Assembly (NCBI GenBank): GCA_964016885.1
Contig: OZ024741.1
Location: 115,382,001-115,446,000, forward strand
Source: Eledone cirrhosa
Lineage: Eukaryota
Direction of reading: 5' to 3'
DNA: 64,000 nucleotides
Part shown: positions 14,249 through 26,289 of the stretch, piece after piece
How positions within the stretch are numbered: the stretch's first letter is position 1
Layout: every line of letters begins with the position of its first letter
Translations under genes and position numbers: made by a program
Notes under the pieces: model-generated
What the model was told of the DNA's origin: nothing
What the model saw: the letters and a program-made list of their open reading frames with translations, nothing else
Databases searched by the model: none

Positions 14249-14250
<2 letters not shown>
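13490..14250 (+). mobile_element. Retrozyme-like family R1 copy (13673-14250) preceded by an inverted partial copy (13490-13665)
   Basis: Homologous to 12052-12757. 13610-13665 is the reverse complement of 14035-14090. Confidence 0.78.
13915..13957 (+). ncRNA. Minimal type I hammerhead ribozyme, intact core
   Basis: acggtg CTGATGA tagct-aaca-agctt GAAA ctag T A catcgt. Palindromic ACTAGT stem III. Confidence 0.82.
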
Positions 14251-14296
<46 letters not shown>

Positions 14297-14339
14297 TATA
14301 CATATATATACATATATATATACATATATATATATATAC

Positions 14340-14370
<31 letters not shown>

Positions 14371-14379
14371 CATATATAT

Positions 14380-14410
<31 letters not shown>

Positions 14411-14411
14411 C

Positions 14412-14444
<33 letters not shown>

Positions 14445-14445
14445 C

Positions 14446-14476
<31 letters not shown>

Positions 14477-14517
14477 CATACATACATATATATATATACA
14501 TACATACATATATATAT

Positions 14518-14562
<45 letters not shown>

Positions 14563-14574
14563 CACATATATATA

Positions 14575-15195
14575 TGGTGGCTGCCAACTCGTTTTCGAGT
14601 ACGGCCACTACTTTACATCCATGTAGGATAACCCCTACCGAAGCGCTGAACGAGTGTGACTTTTTAGTCCAGCCAGCGACTTGAAACCTCTGGTACAAAC
14701 ACTACACCTGTGACAATTATTGACACATAGTGCTAGGCCCATGGTAGGACAATTATTGACACATAGTGCTGGGCCCATGTGAGGACAAGTGCAGAGAGAT
14801 CTCCAGATATAAAGCAATGCCTGTGCCGTGAAGCTTTTATAGTGAGCAAAGGCACTGCACAAAGCCAGTCCCACTCTCTTAACCAAGATGCTATTTACCA
14901 AAAAGAAGAACAAGTCAACATCATTGGATACCATCAGGGTTGCAGGTGTTATATCAGAGTTTTCCTTCTCCTAGAATTCTGCCTTGACTAAGGCTAAAGG
15001 GGTCATCTCTCCCGGTGATTTTGGATGGCCATTGACTCTTAAGAGCTCCTTTGCCCTTTGACAGGTTTTGTTTTTAGTCCTGCAGGATGTCCAAAGTCAC
15101 CCTCCTCACCAAGAAACCTTGGTGGGGTTGCCAGTTTAGTCGCCAACGACCCGACCATGAGACAGGTTGTACTGGGATACATGTTACTGGTAACA
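14575..15195 (-). mobile_element. Non-autonomous RTE-derived short retroelement (family S2)
   Basis: Homologous to 35961-36564 and 46064-46673. Retains a C2H2-like remnant [23 protein letters not shown] and ends in ccaccatatata. Confidence 0.7.
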
Positions 15196-15270
15196 TATAT
15201 ATATACACATATATATATACACATATATATATATACATATATATATATACATATATATATATATACATAC

Positions 15271-15303
<33 letters not shown>

Positions 15304-15392
15304 CATACATATATATATATATATACATACATATATATATATATACATACATATATATATATATATACACACACATATATATATATATATAT

Positions 15393-15487
<95 letters not shown>

Positions 15488-15636
15488 CATATATATATAT
15501 ACATATATATACATATATATATATACATATATATATACATATATATATATTTATATATATATATATACATATATATACATATATATATACATATATATAT
15601 TTATATATATATATATATATATATACATATATATAC

Positions 15637-15683
<47 letters not shown>

Positions 15684-15779
15684 TATATACATATATATAT
15701 ACACATATATATATACATATATATATACACATATATATATACATATATATATACACATATATATATACATATATATATA

Positions 15780-16403
15780 CGTACATACATATATGTATAC
15801 AGACGTACAGTAGTATGTATATATATACATACATGCACACATATATATGCACGTATCGATTCGCCGAACATGTATTATAATGCTCGGTTTGTTTGTAAAC
15901 AAACAGCCAGATTTACGCCGTAAAGTGTTTCGGCAACCACGTCACCTTTTTGTTCAACACTGATACAGGAACAATGTATTAGTTTCAAGCTTATTAGCTA
16001 TCGTTAGCATCGTATACCTTCCTGCCAGATGGTTTAACTTCTGAAAGTATATACTTTCCTTATGCATATTAACGGCTGAGCAGCCTAATTTGGATATCGA
16101 GTGAGTTTAGTCGGCCGGGCGCACCGAAAACGATAAATGGAATAGAATGAAACGAAATTTCATCTCTCATTCTTAGTACGGTAGTTACTTAAATGTAAGT
16201 ATGTATGTATGTACACGTACATACATATATGTATACATAAGTACAGTAGTATGTATATATATATACATACATGCACACATATGTATATGCACGTATCGGT
16301 TCGCCGAACATTTATTATAATGCTCAGTTTGTTGGTAAACAAACAAACAGCCCGAATTACGCCGCACATTGTTTAGGCAACCACGTCACCTTTTTGTTCA
16401 ACA
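15780..16403 (-). mobile_element. Retrozyme-like family R1, ~1.4 tandem units (decayed HHR ~15972-16014)
   Basis: caaccacgtcacctttttgttcaac at ~15934 and ~16378. HHR core mutated to CTAACGA. Confidence 0.75.
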
Positions 16404-17836
16404 GGCAGTAATGTTCACAGAATCAAAGGCCTTCCTAAAGTCAATGAAGACCATGACCACAGGAAGGCACTTTGCTCTAGCTCCCTCTAATATCCCCTTC
16501 AGCATCAGGATGTGACTGGAGGTTGATCTTCCCTCTCTGAAGCCGTTCTGCTTGTCGCTGAGCTTCTTCTCCATCTCAGGCTGGATCATGTTAAGAATCA
16601 TCCTGTTGAGGGTCTTTGCTACAAGTGACGTCAGTGAGATCCCCCTGTAGTTGTTGGTGTTAGAGATATCTCCCTTCTTTGGCACTGGGACGATGTTACT
16701 GATCCTCCACTGATTCGGGGAAACTCCTTTCTCCAGTGCCTGGTTACAGAACCCCAGGAGGATATCATCAAAATTACACCTCTTCATCACCTCTGATGCC
16801 ACTCCATCTTCTCCATGAGCCTTGCCCTCCTTGATCCGCTTCTTGGCTCTCTGAAGCTCCTCTCTGGTGAAGGGCCCTGTCTCAATATCCAGTTCCTCAA
16901 ACAGCCGTCTGATCTCCCCAGTGCTCTGGGTTGTGGAGGGTGGCTCTCCTAGTAGGGTCCTAAAATGGTCTATCCATTTCCTCTTCCTATCCTCGGGCTC
17001 CGTTCCCTGGATCTGACTCGAACGCCTCTTCCTCCCTGTGATCTCATTGATGATCATCCAGCTCTCCTTACATCCAGATCTGTCAACCGCTCTCTCCACA
17101 CTTCTGATCTTCTCTATCAGTGCCTCATCTTTGACCTCAGTGTAAGCAGTACATAGTTCTTCCCTCATCACCTCCACAGTCTCCATCCTCTCCTCCGTAG
17201 GATCAGCATAGAATTGGTCCTTGGCAGCTTTCAGGTGTTCTCTGACTGCACACACTTTTGGGTTTGCAGAGCTGACGTGATTCCTTTTGTTCTTTTTCCT
17301 CGGCACCAGGGTTTCACTTGCTTCCGCCCCTGCATTGGTGAAGTGCCCGTACCTCCTCGTCACACTCTCCTCAGTCCATCCAATCTCTCTCTCCTCTGAC
17401 TCTCCACACAGAGCACTGAACCTGTTCCTCACTTCCTCTGTGAGCCTCTCCTGTAGCTTATCATCTTCCTTTAAAGCTCCCCAGTCATAGATTGCTTTCC
17501 GGGGCTAAGCCTTGCTCTTTCTTAAGCTCACCCGGACCTCACTCATAACAACCCGGTGGTCACTACCCAGTGTACTGAAATAGTTGTATGGGTCTGAGTT
17601 CAGAACAATATTCCGCCACTTTTTCCTCACCAGAATGAAATCAATCTGGGACTTGGACAGGTGCAAATCTGAGATGTAGGTCCACATCTTCCCCAGATTC
17701 TTCCTGAACCTTAGGTTGGTCGCTATCAAGTTCGCCTCCTGCAGAGTATCTCTCAGTAGTCTTCCATTTCGGTTGGTGTTGTTATGGAGGTACCAACATT
17801 GATCTTCACTGCCCTCCATACTCAGGTGTGATTGAA
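16404..17836 (-). pseudogene. RTE-clade LINE fragment (APE endonuclease C-terminus + N-terminal part of RT)
   Basis: NRNGRLL..KMWTY..SQIDFILVRKKWRN..SDHRVV, then KAHGEDG..IVPVPKKGD..NYRGISL..QNGFREGRS..FIDFRKAFDSV. Stop between the two ORFs and truncated at both ends. Confidence 0.9.
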
Positions 17837-18011
17837 GTATATATATATATATATATATATATATACGGGGTAACAAATAATAGTTAAATGCAGTCCACTT
17901 AGGTATAGTCCAGTTATGGTATTCTTTCCTGATTTATATATATAAATAAAGTACCAGTAATACACTGGTTAATTGCTGGCCTTGTGCCAATAGTAGAAAC
18001 AATTATATATA

Positions 18012-18120
<109 letters not shown>

Positions 18121-18134
18121 ATATATATATATAT

Positions 18135-18173
<39 letters not shown>

Positions 18174-18509
18174 CATGCACGCATACACCTACATGCATAT
18201 ATATATATACATATATATACGTTTACATACACATACATATACTCATATATACGTACATACAGGTGCATACGCACGCCATACATACATATTCATATATACA
18301 CACATACGCATAAACACGCAAATATATACACATATACACACACATACAAGCATATACGCCTAAATACACATACATATATGTGTGAGTATATATACATATA
18401 TATATATATATACATACACACACACTCCCACATACATACACATAAATACACATATGTACGTACATACATACGTACACAAGTATACGTGCATACATACATA
18501 CGCATACAT

Positions 18510-18540
<31 letters not shown>

Positions 18541-19404
18541 ACAGATACACACATACATACACCTATATAATCATATACATATACGCACACATATATAATC
18601 ATATACATATATATACACATCAGTGTGTGTGTGTGTGTGTGTGTGTATGTTTATATATGTAAATATATATTTATATGTATATATGTGTGTGTGTGTCTGT
18701 GTGTGTGCGTGTGTCTGTGTCTGTGTGTGTCTGTGTCTGTATGTGTCTGTGTGTGTCTGTGTGTGCGTGTGTGCGGTGTGTGCGGTGTGTGCGGTGTGTG
18801 TGAGAGAGAGAGAGACACGTTTCTGCACTTTGCGCCTACCAAATATCCTCTTCCAACCACTCACAAATGAAGTCATACACAATGAAGTTATATGGTAGTA
18901 TTAATTTGCTTAAGTGATCGTGCATGGAAAATCTACAAAACGCATCTTAGGAAAGCATGAAAATGTTTGAGAAACCTATGATGGAGAGGTTGAAATATAT
19001 CAAGTAAAGATATGAGAGGTAGAGTGGAAACACTGAGAAAGATTGGGGTTAAAACAGTATTAAAGGACACAAATGGAAGATAAAGAGTGCGTGAGTGTGA
19101 GTGAGGGTGATATAGAGGATCACAGCAGTGATAAGTAACTAGTTTAAATATCAAAATAGTTTATGTCGGTTACGATAACAATTCTTTCTTGGACTTATAT
19201 TATTATCGTCAACAAATCCTAAACTAAATAAAATTTCGGTGACGATAATAATATAAGTCCAAAACTAACAGTTGGGATTTGTTTTGTACTTGATGTTGTT
19301 TTTCAGTACTAGCTCGGCTGTAATGTAACGTTCATTTCCTTTCGTGACGATCTGAAGTTTTTTTTATGTCACATACACTGTATCTATGACTGCATTATAT
19401 ATAT

Positions 19405-19522
19405 CAGAGTTCAAATCCCGCCGAGGTTAACTTTGCCTTTCATCCTTACGGGGTCGATAAAATAAAGCACCAGTAAGTCACTGGGATAATTGCTGGCCTT
19501 GTGCCAAAAGTAGAAACAATTA
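19405..19522 (+). mobile_element. 5'-truncated Nin-domain tRNA-SINE
   Basis: gagttcaaatcccgccgaggttaactttgcctttcatccttacggggtcgataaaat...gtagaaacaattat. Confidence 0.88.
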
Positions 19523-19529
19523 TATATAT

Positions 19530-19689
19530 CAGACCTGTCAACTCTCCCCGTCAGACGGGGAGATCTCTCACCCACTTTGGGGTGGGTGAGAGATGTCTTC
19601 TCTCGTGAAAATTGGTTTAGCTTTCATTATGTAAAATCTCCCCATATGGGGTTTTAGAGGTTAGGAGGTTTTACAGGTTAGGAGGTCTG
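19530..19689. mobile_element. 160-bp MITE, hAT-like
   Basis: TIRs cagacctgtcaac / gttaggaggtctg, 8-bp flanks atatatat / atatgtat, internal hairpins. Confidence 0.6.
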
Positions 19690-20133
19690 ATATGTATACT
19701 GCCCATACAATGGGTGGAAGATTCGATTTCAAAGAAGATTTGGTTGGTATTTCTATCTCGTCGATTACGTTTTATAAAACAAGATTTGAATAAGCTATAA
19801 TTAAATAAGTATCAAATATAAACCAGGAGATATCACGAATAATATCATTATTTCAAAGTCAATTACTAGAAGAAATGAATATGCGTTTTCCTTGCCGAGA
19901 ATCTTCAGCAGAATTGTACTTTCAGCATTATTGACGAACAGCATGTTAAGTAAACACACACGCACACGTGCACTCACACATCCACATACATAAACACGCG
20001 CACACATACATATACACACGCACACATACATATATATATATATATATACATATATATACAAATACGTACACACAGAGACATATACATATATATACATATA
20101 TATATATATACACAAATACGTACACACAGACAC

Positions 20134-20172
<39 letters not shown>

Positions 20173-20841
20173 ATACAATAACAGAGATAGCTTAACGCTA
20201 AACTCCGACTAGTAACCATCTCACTCAACAAACATTAGGTTATATGTTAGTATAAACCCAATTTAAGTGTTTGGGGTGCTAACTATATGTATTATGTGGA
20301 AAGCCAGTTGTATTATTTCATGAGATATAATTAAAGTTAAAATATATCTCTCTTTCCAAACAATTGTTTCATTATAAGTTTTCTACAAATTAGGAGAATA
20401 TTTCCAGTTTATGTAGAAGCCTAACATATATTCATGTAAGAATATATTTAGGTGGGCGTTTATAAATCATCAGTGGAAGCCCATTAAACTTTGATATAAG
20501 GAAAAATTCTTACCGCAGTTAAATAAAAATCGTGTCTGCTAATCTGCTCCCTCACGCATCGAATGACCACCAAATTTGAAATTCCAGCAGTTTTTGACTG
20601 AGGAAGTATTATAGCGTCACGAAGCGGGAAGGGGAGACAACCAATACACGAGAAAAGAAAAAATAATATTCACGCGGGTTAATTAGTTTTTTCAAAAAAC
20701 ATTATCAATCCAACGTATATATATACATATATATAATAAAGAAGAAATAAAGATATATTATATATACTCCAGTTCTACCAACGGTTGAGTGCTACATATC
20801 TGATATATGCATAATTTTATTGTTCTACAATATTACTCACC

Positions 20842-20888
<47 letters not shown>

Positions 20889-20891
<3 letters not shown>

Positions 20892-21283
20892 CGTTTCTGA
20901 ATTTGTTTAGCAAGATGCTTTATCTGAAATCGTGTGTTGAAACCGATATTGTTATACTTTGGGAGGGTCATGTTGCCAATAAGAAACACACGCACCAGTT
21001 GCTTTCACTTCAATTTATTATATATTTATAAATTTATAAATTTACAAATCTACAAACTTATAAATTTCTGGTTGGTTGGTTGGTTCCACAACCAGATAGT
21101 TGTTTATATATAGTCATAGTCCTTTCGTCACACACTCTGTGACCTCTTCGGTGACTGGGGATTCCTTTCTTTGTTTCTGTGCCTTTCCTTTCTTCTGTCC
21201 TACGCCATTTTGTTTCAAACAAGTGAAAGCAACTGGTGCGTGTGTTTCTTATTGGCAACATGACCCTCCCAAAGTATAACAAT
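20889..21283 (-). mobile_element. Solo pLTR of PLE family B (20889-21215; HHR 21112-21156 with CCGAAGA core) plus inverted 63-bp segment (21221-21283)
   Basis: Reverse complement of 8760-9068. 21221-21283 inverts 20948-21010. Confidence 0.85.
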
Positions 21284-21319
21284 ATATATATATATATATA
21301 TATATATGTATACACACAC

Positions 21320-21364
<45 letters not shown>

Positions 21365-21724
21365 TATATATATACATAACAAACATAAATATATATATAT
21401 ATATGTGTTAACGTAAATAATGTACGAAATATACACACTTGCTTTGTTTGCATGCAAAGCATGTGTATATAATCATCTATATTCTGTGATTTGCGATTTT
21501 CATACCAAAAGTTCATATCTCGTAAAAGAAAACCATGTCTAGCATTATTCATGAAGATGTTAGTTGTTACAATATTTCGTCCTATAAATAGTTAGGAATG
21601 AATATTATCAATATCTACTTCCACAATTTGCATTCTGTTATATTCTGAATAGGTTAATTTGTTACAGTTTGTTGTATCAAATTTAATATATTTATTGTTG
21701 AACAATAAACACGCCTAGGTCGCG

Positions 21725-22205
21725 GGTTGGAGAAAATTGATGGAGCATCGGATATAATATCATTGCAGTATTTTTCTGACGCTTCACATACTGAGTTCCA
21801 ATTTCACTGAGGTCAACTTTGCCTTTCATCCTTCTGGGGTTATAAAATATAGTGCTAATCAATTACTAGGATTAAATTACTTGGATTTACTAGGATTAAA
21901 TTACTTGGATTTAATCAACTTTATTCTTTTCCAACATTTGTTGATCTTGTGCCTAATTTAGAAAATGATATTAAACTTTCCGAAGATGGTGGATTGGCTG
22001 CACTTTTAGTGTTGAAAAAGATGCTTTACGGCATTCAGTTACATCTCTTTACATTCTGGTTTCAAATCCCGGCAAGGTCAAACTTACTTTTTATCCTTCC
22101 GGGATCGATGAAATAAAGTACCAATCAAACACTGGGCTTAATGTAATTGACTTTTCCCATCCCCCAAAATATTTCTCGCGTTGTGCCAATGTTAGAAACC
22201 ATTAA
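21725..22205 (+). mobile_element. Two diverged tandem Nin-domain SINEs (~21725-21965, ~21985-22205)
   Basis: ctgagttccaatttcactgaggtcaactttgcctttcatcc and ttcaaatcccggcaaggtcaaacttactttttatccttccgggatcgatgaaataaagtacca..ttagaaacc. Confidence 0.75.
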
Positions 22206-22437
22206 TAACAAACATCCTAACTTTTTATAATTTGTTGTTCTTGTGCCAATTTTACCGTCTATATTTATTGTTCAATATTAAAACACGCCTTTGATTTCCA
22301 AACGCTGTATACATTTGTATACTTAAAACTATGCCGCAAGTTCGCAGAGTCATTAGAAAGTCGGATAGAATATTTTGCTAAAGTCATCTTTGCCTTCGAA
22401 GTCGTTAGAATATTATCAGTCCAATACTGAAATCAAT

Positions 22438-22524
<87 letters not shown>

Positions 22525-22867
22525 CCACACACACTCTCTCTCTCTCTCTCTCTCTCACACACCACACACACACCACTCTCTCTCTTTCCATCAATCTATC
22601 TACCTTTAGAAGAAATCACGCCGTATGTCACTACGGCGCCCCTCGATCAGGAGCTATGGATCCGTGCATACATACATCCTTAAAACTGTTAATTTTATGC
22701 AAATGTCTGCTTAGATAGTGGGGGCTTATAGCATACAATTATATAGTAGTCTTTTCTATATAACTATGGATCGAAACCGAACATATGATCTATCATACGC
22801 AGTACATACAAATTATGTACTAACAAAGTATGGAATAACACAAAGACAATCTACTTATATTATTTGC

Positions 22868-23090
22868 AAGACGGTGTATTGACAGTATCGGTAGAGGGTC
22901 GGACGCCATGCTTTCCAGCATAGTTACGTCCCTTTATTACGTCCTCATATTTTTTCTCATGTTTTCGAAAGACTGCGAATTGGTGGTATTCTTTTCAGGT
23001 TTCTACGCTCTAAATTCAAAACTTGGCGATGTCAACTTTTCCTTTTATCCTTCGAGGTCGATAGCAAATATATCAGTTCAATAAATGAGT
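22868..23090 (+). mobile_element. SINE fragments (5' part 22868-22942 and diverged copy to ~23090)
   Basis: cagtatcggtagagggtcggacgccatgctttccagcatagttacgtccc matches the 5' part of the SINE at 55826. Confidence 0.75.
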
Positions 23091-23909
23091 CGAATTTTCT
23101 TTTCTATCTCTATCTCACATTCTCTATATCCCCCTCAATCTTTCTCGTGGAAAATCGGCTGAGTTCAGAACGAGAGGAAGGGTTGTCTCCGCCATGTTTA
23201 ACATGCCCAAGACAACAACGTACCGTATGTCACGGCGACACCCCTACGCTCAATATCTATGTATGGAGTTACGGGTCCATGCATACATATTTCTTTGTAA
23301 ATTAGTTTTCTCTTAACAAACAAAAGGTGTAAGTCGTTGACTATTTTGATATGTTTGTATTTATACAACAATAATATCATTTTAAATTTAATACGGTAGC
23401 ATGCGGTTTGAGAGAGATTTAGCTTCTATTTTTACGAGGCGGTGTTTGCGCTGAGGCTTCGACATTATCACAATATGCAATAGAACACAAGACGCATTGC
23501 TATGAGACTTTGACCTGCTTCTATCAGCACGCCGGGCGAAATACATTCCCTAACATAATTACAATTTGAAATTGGTTCCAGCAGAGAGACGTATAGATAC
23601 TATTTAATCAGTTTTGCAACTGACACAATTATGTTTATAACTAAGTATTATATATAATTTCCATTAGTTGTTCTTCATTTATAGCAGGAAATACATGGGG
23701 TTATTTGACTATAAAATTCGTCAGGGAGCGGAAAATAATATTTAATACTTCTCACTCATAACTGTGTCCTTCCAAGTCCATTATAGCGTGAACAAAAAGT
23801 GATGTATTTCAAATAAGGATTTTAAAACCAAAATCAATGGTGAAGATTTTCTGGTCAGTTAATGTTCGACATTGATTATCAATAATGTACTACTTTGTGA
23901 TATATATAT

Positions 23910-24253
23910 ATAATTGTTTCTACTTTTGGCACAAGGCCAGCAATTATACCAGTAATACACTGGGATAATTGCTGGCCTTGTGCCAAACGTAGAAACAATT
24001 ATATATCTATCTATATATATATATATATATGTCCCCCACCCCTCACTCTCAAGCGTGAAACTAATAATTGTTCTATTTTTGGAACAAGGTCAGCAAATAG
24101 CCAGTACATTACTGGTACTTTATTTTATCGACCACGTAAGGATGAAAGGCAAAGTTAACCTCGGCGGGATTTGAACTCAGACCATAAACGGCCGTAACTC
24201 TTTGCTGCAAAGCATGGCGTCCGACCTTCTACCGATACTGCCAATCCACCGCC
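23910..24253 (-). mobile_element. Full-length Nin-domain tRNA-SINE (24062-24253) preceded by an inverted pair of SINE 3' ends (23910-24002)
   Basis: Reverse complement of ggcggtggattggcagtatcggtag...ctgagttcaaatcccgccgagg. 23911-23950 and 23960-24001 are mutual reverse complements. Confidence 0.88.
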
Positions 24254-24350
24254 CTACGGTAATATGAAAAGATTCAGGACCTCCTCCGGCTGCCCCCCGG
24301 CTGCCCTCCGGCTGTTTCGTCAACTAGATCCAAACATATGTGTGTGTGTA

Positions 24351-24382
<32 letters not shown>

Positions 24383-24759
24383 TTCGTGTACGAGTGTGTG
24401 TAGCGAGAGCGTCAGCAAGAAGAAATAAAGCGCCTTATATATATAAAACACCTAATTTATTATAAATCGTACATTCAAAGTATTATGACGCCACCACAGT
24501 TTTCAAGACTAGACATTAGGATCTCAATCGATTATAAGGAGCCAGTTTTTTGTTGGCTTTCTATTTGTATTTTTTAAATGACTGAACCCGACTTAGGAAG
24601 AAAAAATTTAAATCGAAAATATTTGTTGCTTTTTCAAGTGAAAGGGAGGGAACTCTGGAAAAATACTAATTTGAGAAAGGAATAAGGGCATTAATATTAA
24701 TTATTTAAGACGGGTTTCATACGTCTATTTGTAAGTATTCTATATCGGGATGCTGATGT

Positions 24760-25200
24760 TTCCATGAGTATGAAGAGTACTTTTTGAAATGTAAAGAGTC
24801 TTAAAAACTTCATGTTTGGAGTTTAAGTATTCATTTGATGATTTCAAGTCTTGATAAATTCTGAACTTTTCATTTGTATAAGGTGAACACTTCTTTGAAT
24901 CATAAGAATATGGCCTGTATTTTTCTAGAATTCTCCGTTTCATTATATAGGAATACCCCCGTCTATCAATTACCAGTCTCGTTTCGGAAGGCCGTAAATG
25001 TCTTCATCTCAAGGTGTGTAAACAATGAAGCATGTGAGGAAACTTTTCTTGCATCATAGCCACATATCTTTTACTTCCTCCTGTTTGCTTTGTTTAACAG
25101 GCATAAATTAGACTTTATACATTATGAACATAATTTTACAGCTCTGTTGTTGGGAGCGTTCATCCATTACCGTCCAAAATCATCCTGGTTCATCTATGAG
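24760..25200 (-). pseudogene. Heavily decayed Naiad-type GIY-YIG fragment
   Basis: RILEKYRPYSYDSKKCSPYTNEKFRI...YLNSKHEVF resembles the C-terminus of the 3315-5806 protein. Confidence 0.55.
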
Positions 25201-25463
25201 TGTATTTCTAGCATGTATTATCTATTTCATGGAAGGTCCACAAGCATAACACATTTTTGGTTGAAAGAGGTGTGCTCTTTGTATTAGTGAAACATTCAAC
25301 AAAAATTACTCTTTGTTCTAGCTATCTTTATTAAGTGAAACATAGTACATGCTACTAAGTCTTACTCTATGACGAGTGACGGCTGTACATTGTATTGCAA
25401 ACTTGAATTATGCGTATTGTTACTGAAATAAAAACATCGAGCAACTACGCAAAACTGGTAAGT

Positions 25464-25747
25464 AATAATTGTTTCTACTTTTGGCACAAAGCAAGCAATT
25501 ACCCAGTGCATTACTGGTACTTTATTTTATCGACCCCGTAAGGATGAAAGGCAAAGTTAACCTCGTAATAATTGTTTCTACTTTTGGCACAAGGCCAGCA
25601 ATTATCCCAGGGTATTACTGGTACTTTATTTTATCAACCCCATAAGGATGAAATGCAAAGTTAACCTCGGCAGGATTTGAACTCAGATCATAAAAGGCCG
25701 TAACTCTTTGCTGCAAAGCGTCCGACTCCCTACCGATACTGCCAATC
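25464..25747 (-). mobile_element. Tandem Nin-domain SINEs (3' fragment + near full copy)
   Basis: Two successive ataattgtttctacttttggcac...aggatgaaa(g/t)gcaaagttaacctcg units. Confidence 0.88.
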
Positions 25748-26289
25748 AAATAAAAGAAAGTACTGAAAAATCATTTCTCAATGAGATTTGAGTTACGTAT
25801 CCTTTGTTGAAACTTCATAAAATATTTACGAAATTCATCAGTCTTGATAGGTTGCCTGTTAATTCATAAAATTATGTAGTATACAGCTGTCTAAAAGAAA
25901 AGCAACTAATGAGAACAACGGAGTTGTGCTGATGAAGTGAATATACTGGTTAACTCTCTAATAGATATATGGTTCGAATTTCGATAATAAGTTTGTTCTA
26001 CGCTTCCACTTCAAATTAGATTGTTTTTCAAATTTATCAATATAACGCAATTGCATTTACCACTGCAGACTAATTGTAAGCTCAAATAGTGAAAAAGTTT
26101 ATATTTAGGTTCTTTATACATTTAATACAATTTTGATTTACTTCAGTAGATTATGAAATTATAGAATGTTAGGAAATCACCCAAATGTCTTTTACATAAA
26201 AACCAGACAAATATTTACCAAACCGGCTTGATACAATGAAACTGTTAAGTTACATGTCTCTGCATCGTTCTGTATACATATATATAAAT

